DNA of 64,000 nucleotides, from positions 119,908,001-119,972,000 of the forward strand of contig NC_043002.1 in NCBI RefSeq assembly GCF_006345805.1, given 5' to 3'. Shown here piece after piece: positions 51,591 to 64,000 of the stretch (position 1 is its first letter; each line of letters begins with the position of its first letter). The notes beneath the pieces are model-generated. The model was given only the letters and a program-made list of their open reading frames with translations. It did not search any database and had not been told where the DNA came from. The stretch is from Octopus sinensis (lineage: Eukaryota). The translations under genes were made by a program, and so were the position numbers.

Positions 51591-54500
51591 AAGAAATAGA
51601 GTGGGGGAAAGAGAGAGAAAGAGAGGGAGATAGCGTATCATCAATGAAGTGTGATGGAGTAATCAGACAGGAAAGATCAAACACAAGAAATAAGAGACAT
51701 GCTCTTTCCTTTAATCTTAGACTGGTTCTAATTGAATGGACCAATGTTCCAGCCAAGTTTATTTTCAGACATAGTATATCTCGGAAGTTCTTCATATATT
51801 CTTTCGTTTCTGAAGCTGATTGAGCGAAATTTGAGTAATATTTGCTTGGTAATTTTTAGGTCGTCAAACATATAATCTCCTTTATTGGTTTGTAATTCGC
51901 AATTTTTTTCTTTGGTGTCTGCATGGAGATAAAGATGTTGATCTCGAGAACATGGGTAATTTGATTGTGATAAAAGTGTAAATTTGGAAGCAAGACAGGT
52001 AAAAGAAGATGAATGTTTGTTCTGTATAACCGCGTCAAGCGAGTAATATGGGAATTTTGCAAAAAAAACAAAAACATCTTAGAACAGAAATGAAGGATAA
52101 AAGTTCCCACTACAGATATAAAATAGGAACAGAAGATCGAGTTTGTAGCGTATATGGTGCAAGTAAAGGAATGGGAATGACACTTATTTTACCGTCACCG
52201 AGGACAAATGATGGTATTGTTGAAAGGTTTAAGCATCATATATCAAATCAATAAATTAAATCTACAAGTGAAATCACATCTCAATTTAAATGGCTGTGAA
52301 GCGTCATTTGTTTACATAGAAAAACGCTTGGCCCTTTACATTATTATTTCAGGGCCCGAAATTTCTGGGAGAAAGTTTTCTTCAAACTTGAGCCACAACC
52401 AGAAAGCCTGAAACAGAATCATTTCTGGTAAAGTTAACCGTGGCGCCAGATTATGCGCAGTTCTTAATTGAGTAACATATTAAATGTATTACACAAAAGC
52501 TCAGAAGTCAATAAGTTTGCAACAAATACCGAAAGATATCTCCTCTCATGCTTGAAACACTACCCCAGTCTGGTTTGGTACTTTATTTTATGGACCCCGA
52601 AACGAGAAATGGCAAATTTGGCCAAGCGGGATTTGAGCTTACAACACTGTCAAATATAAATAGTTTCTCAATGATTGCTATCGGTTATCCCAACATATAA
52701 ATAGAAGCTTGTTGAATGTTGTAAGAGTACATAACTCTCATCATTCTACTTTCAGCAAAACAGTCATTGATACGTTTCCATAAATTGAAATATCATATTG
52801 TTAAAATTGCTGAACAGTGGATATTTTTACATGAAGCTCACTAATCTGCATTGTCTATTTTTATACAGAAATGTTGACTTCCATTGAAAATCGATGGAAC
52901 ATTGTCATCAATGATTTCTCGACTCTAAAACGTTTTTTAAATCATCTACCATTATTATGACGATTGGTTTTGCATACAAAATTGAAAATATCGATGTTTT
53001 AGAATAGTTTAGCATCATTTAATATAAAATCCATTATTCTCGTTCGTTTGCAAGTCACCTATTACGATATATTAAGGATACTTTTTTCTCCTTATTTGAT
53101 ACGAGTTCATATTGTTACATAAAAAAACGTTGAAGGTGAATTTTTAATACATAGATTTGTCGGTTAATATTTGTTGACATTTTCCCGAAAATTACTGCAA
53201 ATCAGAATTCTTCGAAGCAGAATCCTGTATTTCCTGCCAATCAAATGTTGTAGTTCCAAGCAATTCTCTTTGCAATGTTTTTAAATTTGTACAATCGGTG
53301 GAAAAATTACGATATCTGATTGATAAAAACAGTCATTCATAACGGTACCAAAAAGTCAATGTCCAGAGGAAAGAAACTAAATTCAACATTGTAATACACT
53401 TAGTAAAACGACATAAAAGTTAAGTGGTTTAGCAAAGTATCTTTATAGTAGAATGAAATTGTAACTATCTGGAATATCCCATATCATTTGCCCCTTCGGC
53501 GCATATGTTTTCTGTATCCTATGATTTCCAGATAATGACTGATTTCGTAACACTTCTCGGGCCATCCTAGCTATACAATTCTGATCATCCTTGCTGTATT
53601 TTCAACCACGCCTGCACCATATATTTTGATAATTCTGCCGAACATCGGTTACTCGGAATCCTCTACCAGCTTATGTTTTTTCATGAAGGCATTATCTTTC
53701 AACCATTGAAGAACTTTAACCGCTTAGCCTCATCGGACTCGGTGGGCTTCGAAATAAATAAGTGCAACATTCACTTCAGGACAATTTAAGAAAAGAACAT
53801 ACTCATGCATCTTATTCACGAATATTAACTTGAACTGGTAATCAGAATAGAAAAAAATATGTGAAAGGAAATGATTTACTCAGAACTCGAGCTCAAGTCC
53901 CTGACACAACTTGTCAGAAACTTAGTCTATTTCACTCATTCTACTTGTGTACTTAAAATCCAACCTCCAATTGAATTTAATTCCGATTTCGGAATAGTTA
54001 CATAAAAACTATAACAATTTCTAATTGAAAGCTTCCAATAGTGTGTATTGTAGAAAGAGGTATGATGAGAGGATTCAGAACTAGATTTTGCTATTTGCTC
54101 TAAAGTATTCTTTATCCTACATTCCTAATTATATGTTTCTAATTACACATTCCTAATTATATGAGTAATTACATTCCAAAGCATACAACCAAATCCGAAT
54201 GAACTTGTCATGACATGAATTATTTCATTACTTTATTTAAATTATTTTGTTGTGTTTTGGTAATAAATGTGGAAAAGGAGACACTTATGTGTGCGTGCGC
54301 ATGCGCACTTTCTACATAATCTATAGTAAAATTAGACCTGTGTTCGTCTCTCCACCCGCTTCACGCTCAGATGCAGATGGTTTTCAAATAATTTGTTTCT
54401 CTTATCTTGTCGATAGAAAGGAAGGTAATGCCCATAATATCAACATTTGGCAACTTGGATGTCAAAGATTTCTGTTAGACCGAGAAAATCAAGTATGCAG

Positions 54501-55959
54501 TAGTGGGATTTGAACTCTGAAGGCAAAGAAATGGAACAGATATCTTAAAGTATATGGCCCCCGCGCTCATTCCCTTCACCGATCACAGTACTGGTATATA
54601 TATATATTTTTTTGTCGATTATGATGTGATGAAAGGCACATATTGTCGTCGGCAGGGTTTAAACTCACAGCACAGCAAGTCTGGAAAACGATGCATGAGA
54701 CTTCGTTTGCCACTCTAAGAACTCCACCAATTTTTCGCTTGCAAAAACGTAAAGTAAAAGTAAACGATAATAAATATTCATTTAGGGAACGTATGTAAAG
54801 GGTGCATGATCAACAGGATTTCTCTTCAAATATCAACGGTCAAACACCGATTTATCCTTCATTCTAAAAGGATTGCGATTTTCTATAAGGCGTTTCTGTT
54901 ATGTCGATAATTAAATCAAGGACAGAATTTAAAAGAGATTTGCTTCCTATCTTCCGGCTACTGTGAAAAAGTATGAGTTGCCCTCAATAGAGTGGGTCAT
55001 CCAACAAACTTGAGAATATTTGCAGCTCAAAGTAATTTCACCCGCACAGTCAAGACGTTACGCCATCATGATGAATACGGAACGTTGTTTATGGAGAGGC
55101 AATCTAAATAAATGTTTTCTACCATTTATATACTGTATTTGCTGTGTATGAAATACAGCATTTTTAAAATATGCGCTTTAACTTAATAATGTTAACAGAA
55201 TATTTATCAAACCTCAGCCAAGAAAGATAACGGAGATTCCAACAATTTACTTTTTCAAAAAACACGTAAGTTAACATCTAAATTTTTAAAATCAAAATAG
55301 ACAAAAAATAAATAAGTTTCAATGAATATTTTCAAAGATCCTTTGTATCTCAACTGAATATATCTTATATTAAAATTAGCATTCTAAATGGATAAACAAT
55401 TCAAATTTAAAATTTTGCATTTTGTATCTAGCAAGCGAAAAGTATCGAAGTAACTTTCCATTAATTTAGAAGCATGAATCCATTCCAAACATGGGCAATG
55501 TTATATAAACTTACGTGACACGTTATTGATGCCCTTATTGGTTTACGATGTAAGACAAATGGTCAAAGCTTTACATGCGGTTAAAATTGCGATAAATTCA
55601 TTTCCAAATCGTATCTGATGTTATATACGAACACAATAGATTTGAAATAGTTTTGTATAATAAAACTCGTTATATCTACTTTGAAGAAATGTTTAGATTG
55701 AAACATAATACAAAGTGAGCAAGACGAACAAGCAACTAAAACGTTATGATTTTGATTTTCATTTCTACCATTAATGTCAACATATAAAAGTGTCACAGCG
55801 AGAGGATATCACGTACACACACACACATAAATTCTTCTACTTACTATGTGCCTGTTATAAATATGTCTGTATGCATATATTTTTATATGTGTATATATGT
55901 ATACATGTGTGCGTTCTGAAATAATCGCCGTCATGTGTACCTGAATATATGTTGTTAAT

Positions 55960-56150
55960 CCTATAGATATCGACGCTGTGTGAAATACGTAGCGGCATTT
56001 CGTCCGTTTTTGCGTTCTGAGTTCAAATTTCGCTGCGGTCATTTTTGCCTGTCATTCTTTCAGAATCGATAAAATAAGTACCATTTGACAACTGAAGTCG
56101 ATGTAATCGAATTATCACCTGCCACGAAATTGGCGCCCTTTTAACATTAG
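55960..56150 (+). mobile_element. Diverged SINE family A
   Basis: gcggcatttcgtccg...ttctgagttcaaatt...gataaaataagtacc. Confidence 0.7.
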
Positions 56151-56316
56151 AATTATTTTCGTATTCAATACTAACCTAGGTTCCAGTTCAGGGAACTCTA
56201 AATAGTTCACTAATAACTCACATGACAACATTTGCTTAATATTAGTATTAAACAACTTCCTCAACATTCTTTACGATTCCGATTCTGGTAGGGACATATA
56301 CTTATATATATATATA

Positions 56317-56685
56317 TGGTACCGGGTTCAGTCCCACTGCGTGGCACCTTGGGCATCTGTCTTCTACTATAGCCTCGGGCCGACCAAAGCCTTGTGAGTG
56401 GATTTGGTAGACGGAAACTGAAAGAAGCCCGTCGTATATATGTATATATATATGTGTGTGTGTGTGTGTGTTTGTGTGTCTGTGTTTGTCCCCCAACATC
56501 GCTTGACAACCGATGCTAGTGTGTTTACGTCCCCGTAATTTAGCGGTTCGGCAAAAGAGATCGATAGAATGAGTACTAGGCTTCCAAAGAATAAGTCCTG
56601 TGGTCGATTTGCTGGACTAAAGGCGGTGCTCCAGCATGGCCGCAGTCAAATGACTGAAACAAGTAAAAAGAGTAAAAAGAGAAAA
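56317..56685 (+). mobile_element. SINE family B, 5'-truncated
   Basis: ccgggttcagtcccactgcgtggcacc ... gactgaaacaagtaaaaag. Confidence 0.92.
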
Positions 56686-56695
56686 AGAGAAAGAG

Positions 56696-56757
<62 letters not shown>

Positions 56758-56760
<3 letters not shown>

Positions 56761-57890
56761 AGGGGTCTGAAAAGCTCATAGGCTGACTATGTGACTATGA
56801 AGGAGTAATACTAGAGCTGTGAAATCTACATGCATTAACTTCATCACCTCATGTCCACTCATTTTTTTTTTCTTTCTAGGTGAAATGACATCTGACTTTT
56901 CAAAGAAAACTTTAAAAGTAACTAGTAGCGACTTCTCTTGAAAATGAACAAAATTTGGCATCGTGATGTTATCAAGTACCTTTATAAAAGGGTCTGCTTG
57001 CTAAGGACATTCATGCAGACATAGTTGCTGCATTAGTGGGTGATGCCCCACCTTTATCGGCAGTGCAAAAGTGGGCAACTAAATTTGGGTGTGGAAGGGA
57101 GAGACTGGAGTGTGACCCAAGATTTGGATATCCTGCAACTGCCACCAGGCGACTGACTATAAGTAAAATAGCCATTGCCATTAGCATACCCTACGAGTAA
57201 GTTGAGAATATTCTGCACAATGAACTTGGCATGACGAACGTTTCCGCTCGGTGGGGCCATGTCTTCTCACACCTGATAAAAAGCACATCAGGTTCATCAT
57301 ATCACGGGAAAAATCCGTTATTGTCTGAGGCAAGTCCTGATGGCTTCCTTGAACGATTCCTAAACCAGGACGAGTGTTTGTTTCTTCATTTTTTCAGCTA
57401 GAGACACAGAAATAATCTATTCTGTCGAAACACCCCTATTCGCTTCTCCAAATAAGGCCAAGATGGTTTCAACGGCAGGGAAGGTGATGGTCTCAGCATT
57501 TTGGAGTATAGTATGCCAATTTTCTGGGGCACTTACGAAAGGATATCACGACTAAACACTCAGGAAAACTGACAAGTTATCTTCTTTCAGTAGAACAATG
57601 CTCTGCTCCAGCACGCAACTCCTTGCTTCCAGTGGCTGCTGTGGCTTTAGACTGGTTCATTACCCCCCCCCCTTTCTCCTGATTTAGACCCATCCGTCTA
57701 TCATCTGTTTCTCAATATTAAAAAGCACTTAGCTGGTAATCAGTATGGCAGTGATGATGATGTCATATGAACGGCTGATAACTTTTTCGAGCAGCAGGAT
57801 GGAAGCTTCTTCGCCAATGGGATCCAAGACTGCAACACCGATGGAAGAAGCGTATGGACCACCAAACTATATAGTAAAATAAGATTCATG
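56758..57890 (+). mobile_element. Near full-length decayed mariner
   Basis: TA-adjacent TIR ggggtctgaaaagctcataggctgac; N-terminus MNKIWHRDVIKYL...AVQKWATKF..GRERLECDPR; C-terminus PPFSPDLDPS.YHLFLNIKKHLAG...SDDDV. Confidence 0.88.
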
Positions 57891-58641
57891 TAAAAACCTT
57901 GTAGAATGTTATGCAAAACTCGTCCACAGTTATTGCATACAGTGAGAAAGCTCTAGCTATTGTATATACATTAAGAATTCTATAATATCCGTAGAGCTTA
58001 TATAAACAAACAAATGAAAGAAAATGGGCAAATATATACGAGCTAGAAGATACGAACATTGGGTGTGTATGTGTGTGTAAGTGTTTGTGTATGTGTGTGT
58101 GTGTGAAAATGAGTATGTGAAAATGAGTTTGTGTGTGTGAAAATGTTATATTTTATTTTTTCATTTTATTATTTAGTATCTTTAATAAATTCTTATAATC
58201 TGACCCGTAAGATAGAATGGTAATTCATAGTAGGCTAACCCTTTTCTTTACTTTTGCCAACTTTTTATCTATATATTTTGTATTTTGGTTGTAATTGTGT
58301 CTTGTCTGTTACTATATCTATGGTTTAATTTTGTATGTAAACTACTTGGAATAACGCATTACTCTGGGTATACATTCTCCAGCTGAGTGAAATGGTGGGA
58401 GAATCTGCGAAGAACTTATTTAAGCAATCACCTAAGGAGGAGCTTTCTACAGCTTGCATATAGGATAACGACTGCCCAATATCTCACCTATTTACTACAG
58501 GTGTTGGTATGTGCCGACATAACTGCAGTGATTTGAAATAAAAATTGTCATTAATTACATTTTGTTCCACTTGTCTATACACACACACATACACTTACAT
58601 GCATACATATAAATATATTTGTGCGCATGTGTGTGTATGTG

Positions 58642-58715
<74 letters not shown>

Positions 58716-59201
58716 TATATTTTTTATTATACGTATATATATATTTATTGATAGAGATAATTTGAGATCTTAATTCTTATATTTATATACATTTATATAT
58801 ATTCATTGATAATTTAGTTATTATTCAAATATCATATAATTATTTGATTTGAAATTAAATTTTATAATATGAATAGTGATTATTTTTTTGATAATTTTTT
58901 TGTTAAATAATTAGGTAATTAGATATTGACTATAACTGAGATTAGATTATTTGTGAGTTTATTATGTTTTTTTTAAAGCCATATTATATCTGAATAGATA
59001 AATACATTTTCTATCTATTCTTACCTTAAAAATTAATATTTAACATTATAATCGATTGTATGACATAATAATAATCGTTAAAGTTTCTAGTTTGATGATA
59101 GAGTTTTATATAAGAAAAATTATTATATATAAATCAGTGACGGAAGTTACTAGAAAAACCTATAAGTATTTGCACACAGGTCTCCCTTTCATCGTAAACC
59201 G

Positions 59202-59260
59202 GTGACTGCCGTACGCCGAAGACAGGCAAATACCTAGAAACTGCAGTCCGTGCGTGTCAC
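59202..59260 (+). ncRNA. Type-I hammerhead ribozyme, near-intact, with extended stem I
   Basis: gtgac-tgcc-gtacg-CCGAAGA-cagg-caaata-ccta-GAAA-c-tgca-GTC-cgtgc-gt-gtcac; predicted cleavage after C59248. Confidence 0.8.
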
Positions 59261-59878
59261 TTAGGTTTACGAGAGAGGGATGACCTCCCTTTGCAAATAC
59301 CATAAGGGCACAAAAAGTGTGCCTAAAGCCAGCTGGAGACGATGATCTCCAGGGGTTAAAAGCTACAGTAACACCCACCCTTAGTGGTTAGCCATATTGA
59401 GATGGCTAGTATATTTTATTATTTTATTTATTTCTTTAAAAAATATGGTTTAAATATATTTGATTATTTAATTAACTATTATCATTAACCTGAAGATTGA
59501 CTATAACCATAATTCGAATTATTAATTGAATTTAAATTATTGTAATTCGAATTAGGTTATGGGCATGAAATGATCGTAGTGGCTTTACATTTTATCTTAT
59601 ATTAAACTTTTAATACTTTTTGATAGTGATATATATTTTTTAAAAAATAATAATAAAAATTAAATATATAAATAAATAAAAAATAAAAATAAAAATAAAC
59701 ATATATATATATATATAAATTTATAAAAATTAATTAATAATTTTAAATTTTTAACTTTAAATTTAAATAATTTAAATTTTAAATTTTGTATTTTATATTA
59801 ATTATTTTTATTTCTATATTTTGCTTTATGTTTTTCACAGTTTGATTTGCCTAATAGTGGTTTATCTCTCATTTAATT

Positions 59879-59929
<51 letters not shown>

Positions 59930-60642
59930 GTATCTATCTATACATATATATATATGTATATATATATATGTATATATATATGTATATATATATGTATATA
60001 TATGTATATATATATGCACATACATACTTGCATACAAATATACATACACACACACGCACGCTTTTTCCCATGTGAGGAATTTTTAAATCTACAAAAATGC
60101 TATATCCAATACAGTAAAGTAACTAGATCAATTCTACGATATCCAAAAAAAAAAATGGCAGTTCTCTGATTTCGGTAAAAAAAAGCAAAGTATGTCTTGG
60201 CATTTTTGGAAAAACAATAAAAATTACACCGAGATCTTCCATATGTTTATCAAAAGTTAAGGTAAAATCGGTTACTTGAAAAAAAAAAATATTACGAAAA
60301 GTTCTTTAGAAATTGCATGTAGTGATGACTAATACACTCAGAAACCTGCATCTTATTGGTAGAAAATATCGAATTAATTTTAAGGAACTTTATAAAAAAA
60401 GTAGTCCTTATTATTAATTTCTGAGTAAAATAGATATAGAAATGTGTGAACATACAAGCTTTTGTTTGTAGATAGGAAGTGATTCCGAAAAATACCTTAT
60501 GATATATTATAGGGTCCTTTTACGTTCTGACTTCAAAACGCCCTTATATCCATTTTGTTTATCATTCTTCCGGATTGAAATCATTAAAAATATTGCGATT
60601 GACGTAATCGACATATTTTGAAGCTTGTAATATAAATAGATA

Positions 60643-61020
60643 GGTGCAGGCGAGGATGTGTGGTAAACCGCTTGTTTCCGAACAGTATGGTTCTGAGTTC
60701 AGTCCTACTGCCTGGCACCTTGGGCATGTGTCTTCTACTATAGCTTCCGGCTGACCGAAACCTTGTGAGTGGATTTGATAGACGGAAACTGAAAGAACCC
60801 TTCGTATATGTATATGCATGTATATATGTTTTTGTGTCTATGTGTCACCCCGCCATCGCTTGACAACCGATACTGTTGTTTATGTCTCCGTAACTTAGCG
60901 GTTCGGCAAAAGATTTGATAGAATAGATACTATGCTTACAAAAAAATATGTCCTGGGGTCGATTTCTTCGACTAAAAACCCTTTGTTGACCTTCAGTCAA
61001 ATGACTGAAACAAATAAGAA
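60643..61020 (+). mobile_element. SINE family B
   Basis: gagttcagtcctactgcctggcaccttgggc ... aaatgactgaaacaaataag. Confidence 0.88.
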
Positions 61021-61055
61021 ACATGAATATACACACACACACACACACACACACT

Positions 61056-61108
<53 letters not shown>

Positions 61109-61113
61109 GCGCG

Positions 61114-61156
<43 letters not shown>

Positions 61157-61248
61157 ATAAGATCGTTATTTTAAATAGCGATCAAATCTAGTGGCAGCAT
61201 GGGAAGAAAAATCCTTACAGGTTATAATAATTATTAAAATTATAACTA

Positions 61249-61391
61249 GGTGCAGGAGTGGCTGTGTGGTATGTAGCTTGCTTACCAACCACATGGTTCC
61301 GGGTTCAGTCCCACTGCGTGGCACCTTGGGCAAGTGTTTTCTACTATAGTCTCGAGCCAACCAAAGCCTTGTGAGTGGATTTGGTAGACGG
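61249..61391 (+). mobile_element. SINE family B, 5' half only
   Basis: ggtgcaggagtggctgtgtgg ... gtggatttggtagacgg, then unrelated sequence. Confidence 0.9.
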
Positions 61392-61706
61392 TTCACAATA
61401 ATCCCAAAAACTGTTATCTCATCAGCTTGGACTTCTGAATTTATCTGTATATATTTACTTAAATGACTTTCTTTCGGGCACGTAATTACCCTATTACATG
61501 TAAATATATGTTTTTGTATATTATGTGTTCGCATGCTGATAATGATTTATATATGCCCGTTGTGTTTAGATACTCGTCGGTTTTGATGAGGACTTTTATT
61601 GACCTTGGGACTTGTCGCATTCAAATTAATAAGTTGTTCTAATCGCTCAATAAATTGAGCTCTTATTTGTTGAACAGACTACACCTCTATAAGTTTTCAT
61701 TACCTT

Positions 61707-61773
<67 letters not shown>

Positions 61774-63081
61774 ATGCACACATACATGCGCATGTATATA
61801 GATCTAATTATTTTGCAATATATGCAAGCATATTTATATACTCATATATACATGCATAAACACACGCGTGCGCGCACACACACAAATATATATGTGTGTA
61901 CGCGCGTGTGTGTATGTGTGTGTGTGTTGAGGGGATAAGTGAAATCTAGGCGATCATCTTATCAGCGCTTCATGCAGGAACCTGACTAGCATAGTGTTCA
62001 AATAACCTAAGGATAAGTGCTTATAATTTGGTCATTTATAAAAGTAGCACATTGCCAATGCAAGGCATACAAATATCAACATGGCATCTTTCAATCCCCA
62101 CAGAGTGAATAATTTATTTGAGGAAAATAAGAGTCAAAAGCAGCGTTGCATACATTTCGGTGAACGATTCTCATTTATTTCATATTGCATACGAATTTAT
62201 ACAATTCATGCAATAAAATTGTCCATTCACTGCTTCACACATTTTAGATTGAACCACAGTCAAGTTATGAAATAAGGGTTATGGCTGATAGGATAGTATA
62301 TTAAGTAACTGATAGAATAAAATAATAATTATATTTTTTCCGTTTACCTTGTTGACACGCAAATGAAACGGTGAATATCCATCCGCATCATGGATTTATT
62401 TCATAAGTTAATTGTAATTCAAATTAATATGAACGAAGAGCTGAATGAACACTGTAGTTATTACATGAATTGCATAGCTTTGTATGTAGTATGAAATATA
62501 TAGAGTTTGTTCACCGAAACGTACGTAACGTTGATTTGACTTATGTCCTCAAAACAAGTGTATGTACGTTGTGTAATCACATGTGTGTGTGAGCGTGTGT
62601 GTATGCGTATATGCGTGAGCATGTGTGTGTGTAATGTGTGCTTTTAGAATAAAAAATTGCGTACTATTGGAGCAAGAGAACAGAAATCAGGAACGGAGAA
62701 GGCACATTATGCGCACCATACGCATTCAACGTATATATGTTTGTTGTTTCTGTCGTGACCATCCGATGTATCAAGATTAAATAGGGCTACATCTCTACTG
62801 TGAGCATGCAGCATCTTAATGCTTGATTGGAGGCAGAGATGGATGCTATCTGGCGCAGATAAAACGTAGTGTTTTGTATTGATTGTGCATTTCTCTATAT
62901 TCTGGTGGGTGTTACGGCGCAGCAGAGCAATATGATCTCGATCCAAATTCAAGACCTGTTTTACTGCATTTATATTCTTTGCATCCAAGTGCAGTATTTC
63001 GAACTATTTTTGTATGTATGCGTGTTTTTTTATGGTGATCGAAATTTACTTAGGCTATTTCTATAATAGTTTTCTAGACTG

Positions 63082-63354
63082 CAATTGCAGCGTGGAAGGT
63101 GTTTGTAAGCCATTTAAGAAACACACAAAAACCGTTCGATTCACTTCAACATTTAAGTTTAATTTGTCAAAATATTTTCGTCGCTATAAGACCGCGAACT
63201 GTTCACTGACAAAGCACGGATTTTTGTCAGTGAACAGGTCGCGGTCTTAAAGTGACGAAAACATTTTGACAAATTAAACTTAAATGTTGAAGTGAATCGA
63301 ACGTCTTTTGTGTGTTTCTTAAATGGCTTACAAACACCTTCCACGCTGCAATTG
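63082..63354. mobile_element. Fold-back MITE, arms about 130 bp
   Basis: caattgcagcgtggaaggtgtttgtaagcc / ggcttacaaacaccttccacgctgcaattg; short central spacer. Confidence 0.88.
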
Positions 63355-64000
63355 TTTTCGTTCCAGCACACGATCTCAGATCAAATCACTTGCTATGCAA
63401 GTACATCTCCGTAATTTTCTAGACTGATTCGGCATATAATTGTAAACGGCGTAAGAATTGGAACTTATAGCAACAAGACACTTTGCACCTTTCATTTTTA
63501 ATGCTTTCGTTTCGTTGCGGTGATTATCTCTGGGTACAGTCTTTGTGTTTCTTTTGATATGAATGAAGAACTATTTGCATTCCTTGTCTTTCATATCTTT
63601 TGTGAATATTGCAGAAATATAGTAATTCATAGTACTCTTGTCTTTAAAATGTGGTACCAGTTTTTAATGTACCATTTTACTGTATTTTGTTTATTTTAAT
63701 ATATTTTACTCGTGCAAAGCATGTTGTTGTTATAACTTCTGGTTTGCCTTCCTTTATTTATTGGGAGAAACGGGTGGGGATGACGGATTAACTAATACGT
63801 TTCATGGAAAGGAGAGTCAAATCCTAACCAATTTGAATGTGACAGTTCTTGCTTTTGTATTTCTCTGTCACTTGTTTTGGTGTGGTTAATTTTAAAAAAT
63901 ACTTGTTGTTTTAGTGTTGGAGTGAGGCTTTTGGGAGTTATCAATAAATCAAATTAAGTAGTGTTTTCCTGTTTTTGTGTGGTATTTGCTGACTTTTGTT

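Noticed and set aside
62707-62988. 93-aa minus-strand ORF
   Set aside because: No recognisable domain or splice context

Overview
AT-rich, repeat-dense, non-coding eukaryotic DNA. The SINE families and transposon relics are ones I recognise from octopus genomes, so the source is probably Octopus sp. (inferred, not searched). I could not support any host protein-coding exon; nearly all long ORFs in the track are translated microsatellites. The window holds: four tRNA-derived SINE families; decayed mariner/Tc1, pogo/Tigger, piggyBac and Helitron elements; LINE relics (R4/Dong-type with restriction-like endonuclease, Tx1/L1, CR1, RTE, Penelope-like); several fold-back palindromes; and three near-identical tandem duplications that begin or end in microsatellites. 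The most interesting signal is a set of type-I hammerhead ribozyme motifs. The best one (59202-59260, +) caps a ~150-nt rod-like hairpin in a fully structured ~250-nt island. A second motif (23100-23140, -) has the same architecture but a different stem sequence and sits in a 361-bp unit with 15-bp terminal direct repeats. A three-copy short element carries a minimal hammerhead and always abuts TA-rich microsatellite at the same end. Together these suggest Penelope-derived, retrozyme-like elements. A second theme is an R4/Dong-type LINE whose two copies both end in (TACA)n. All structures were derived by eye; none was computed.
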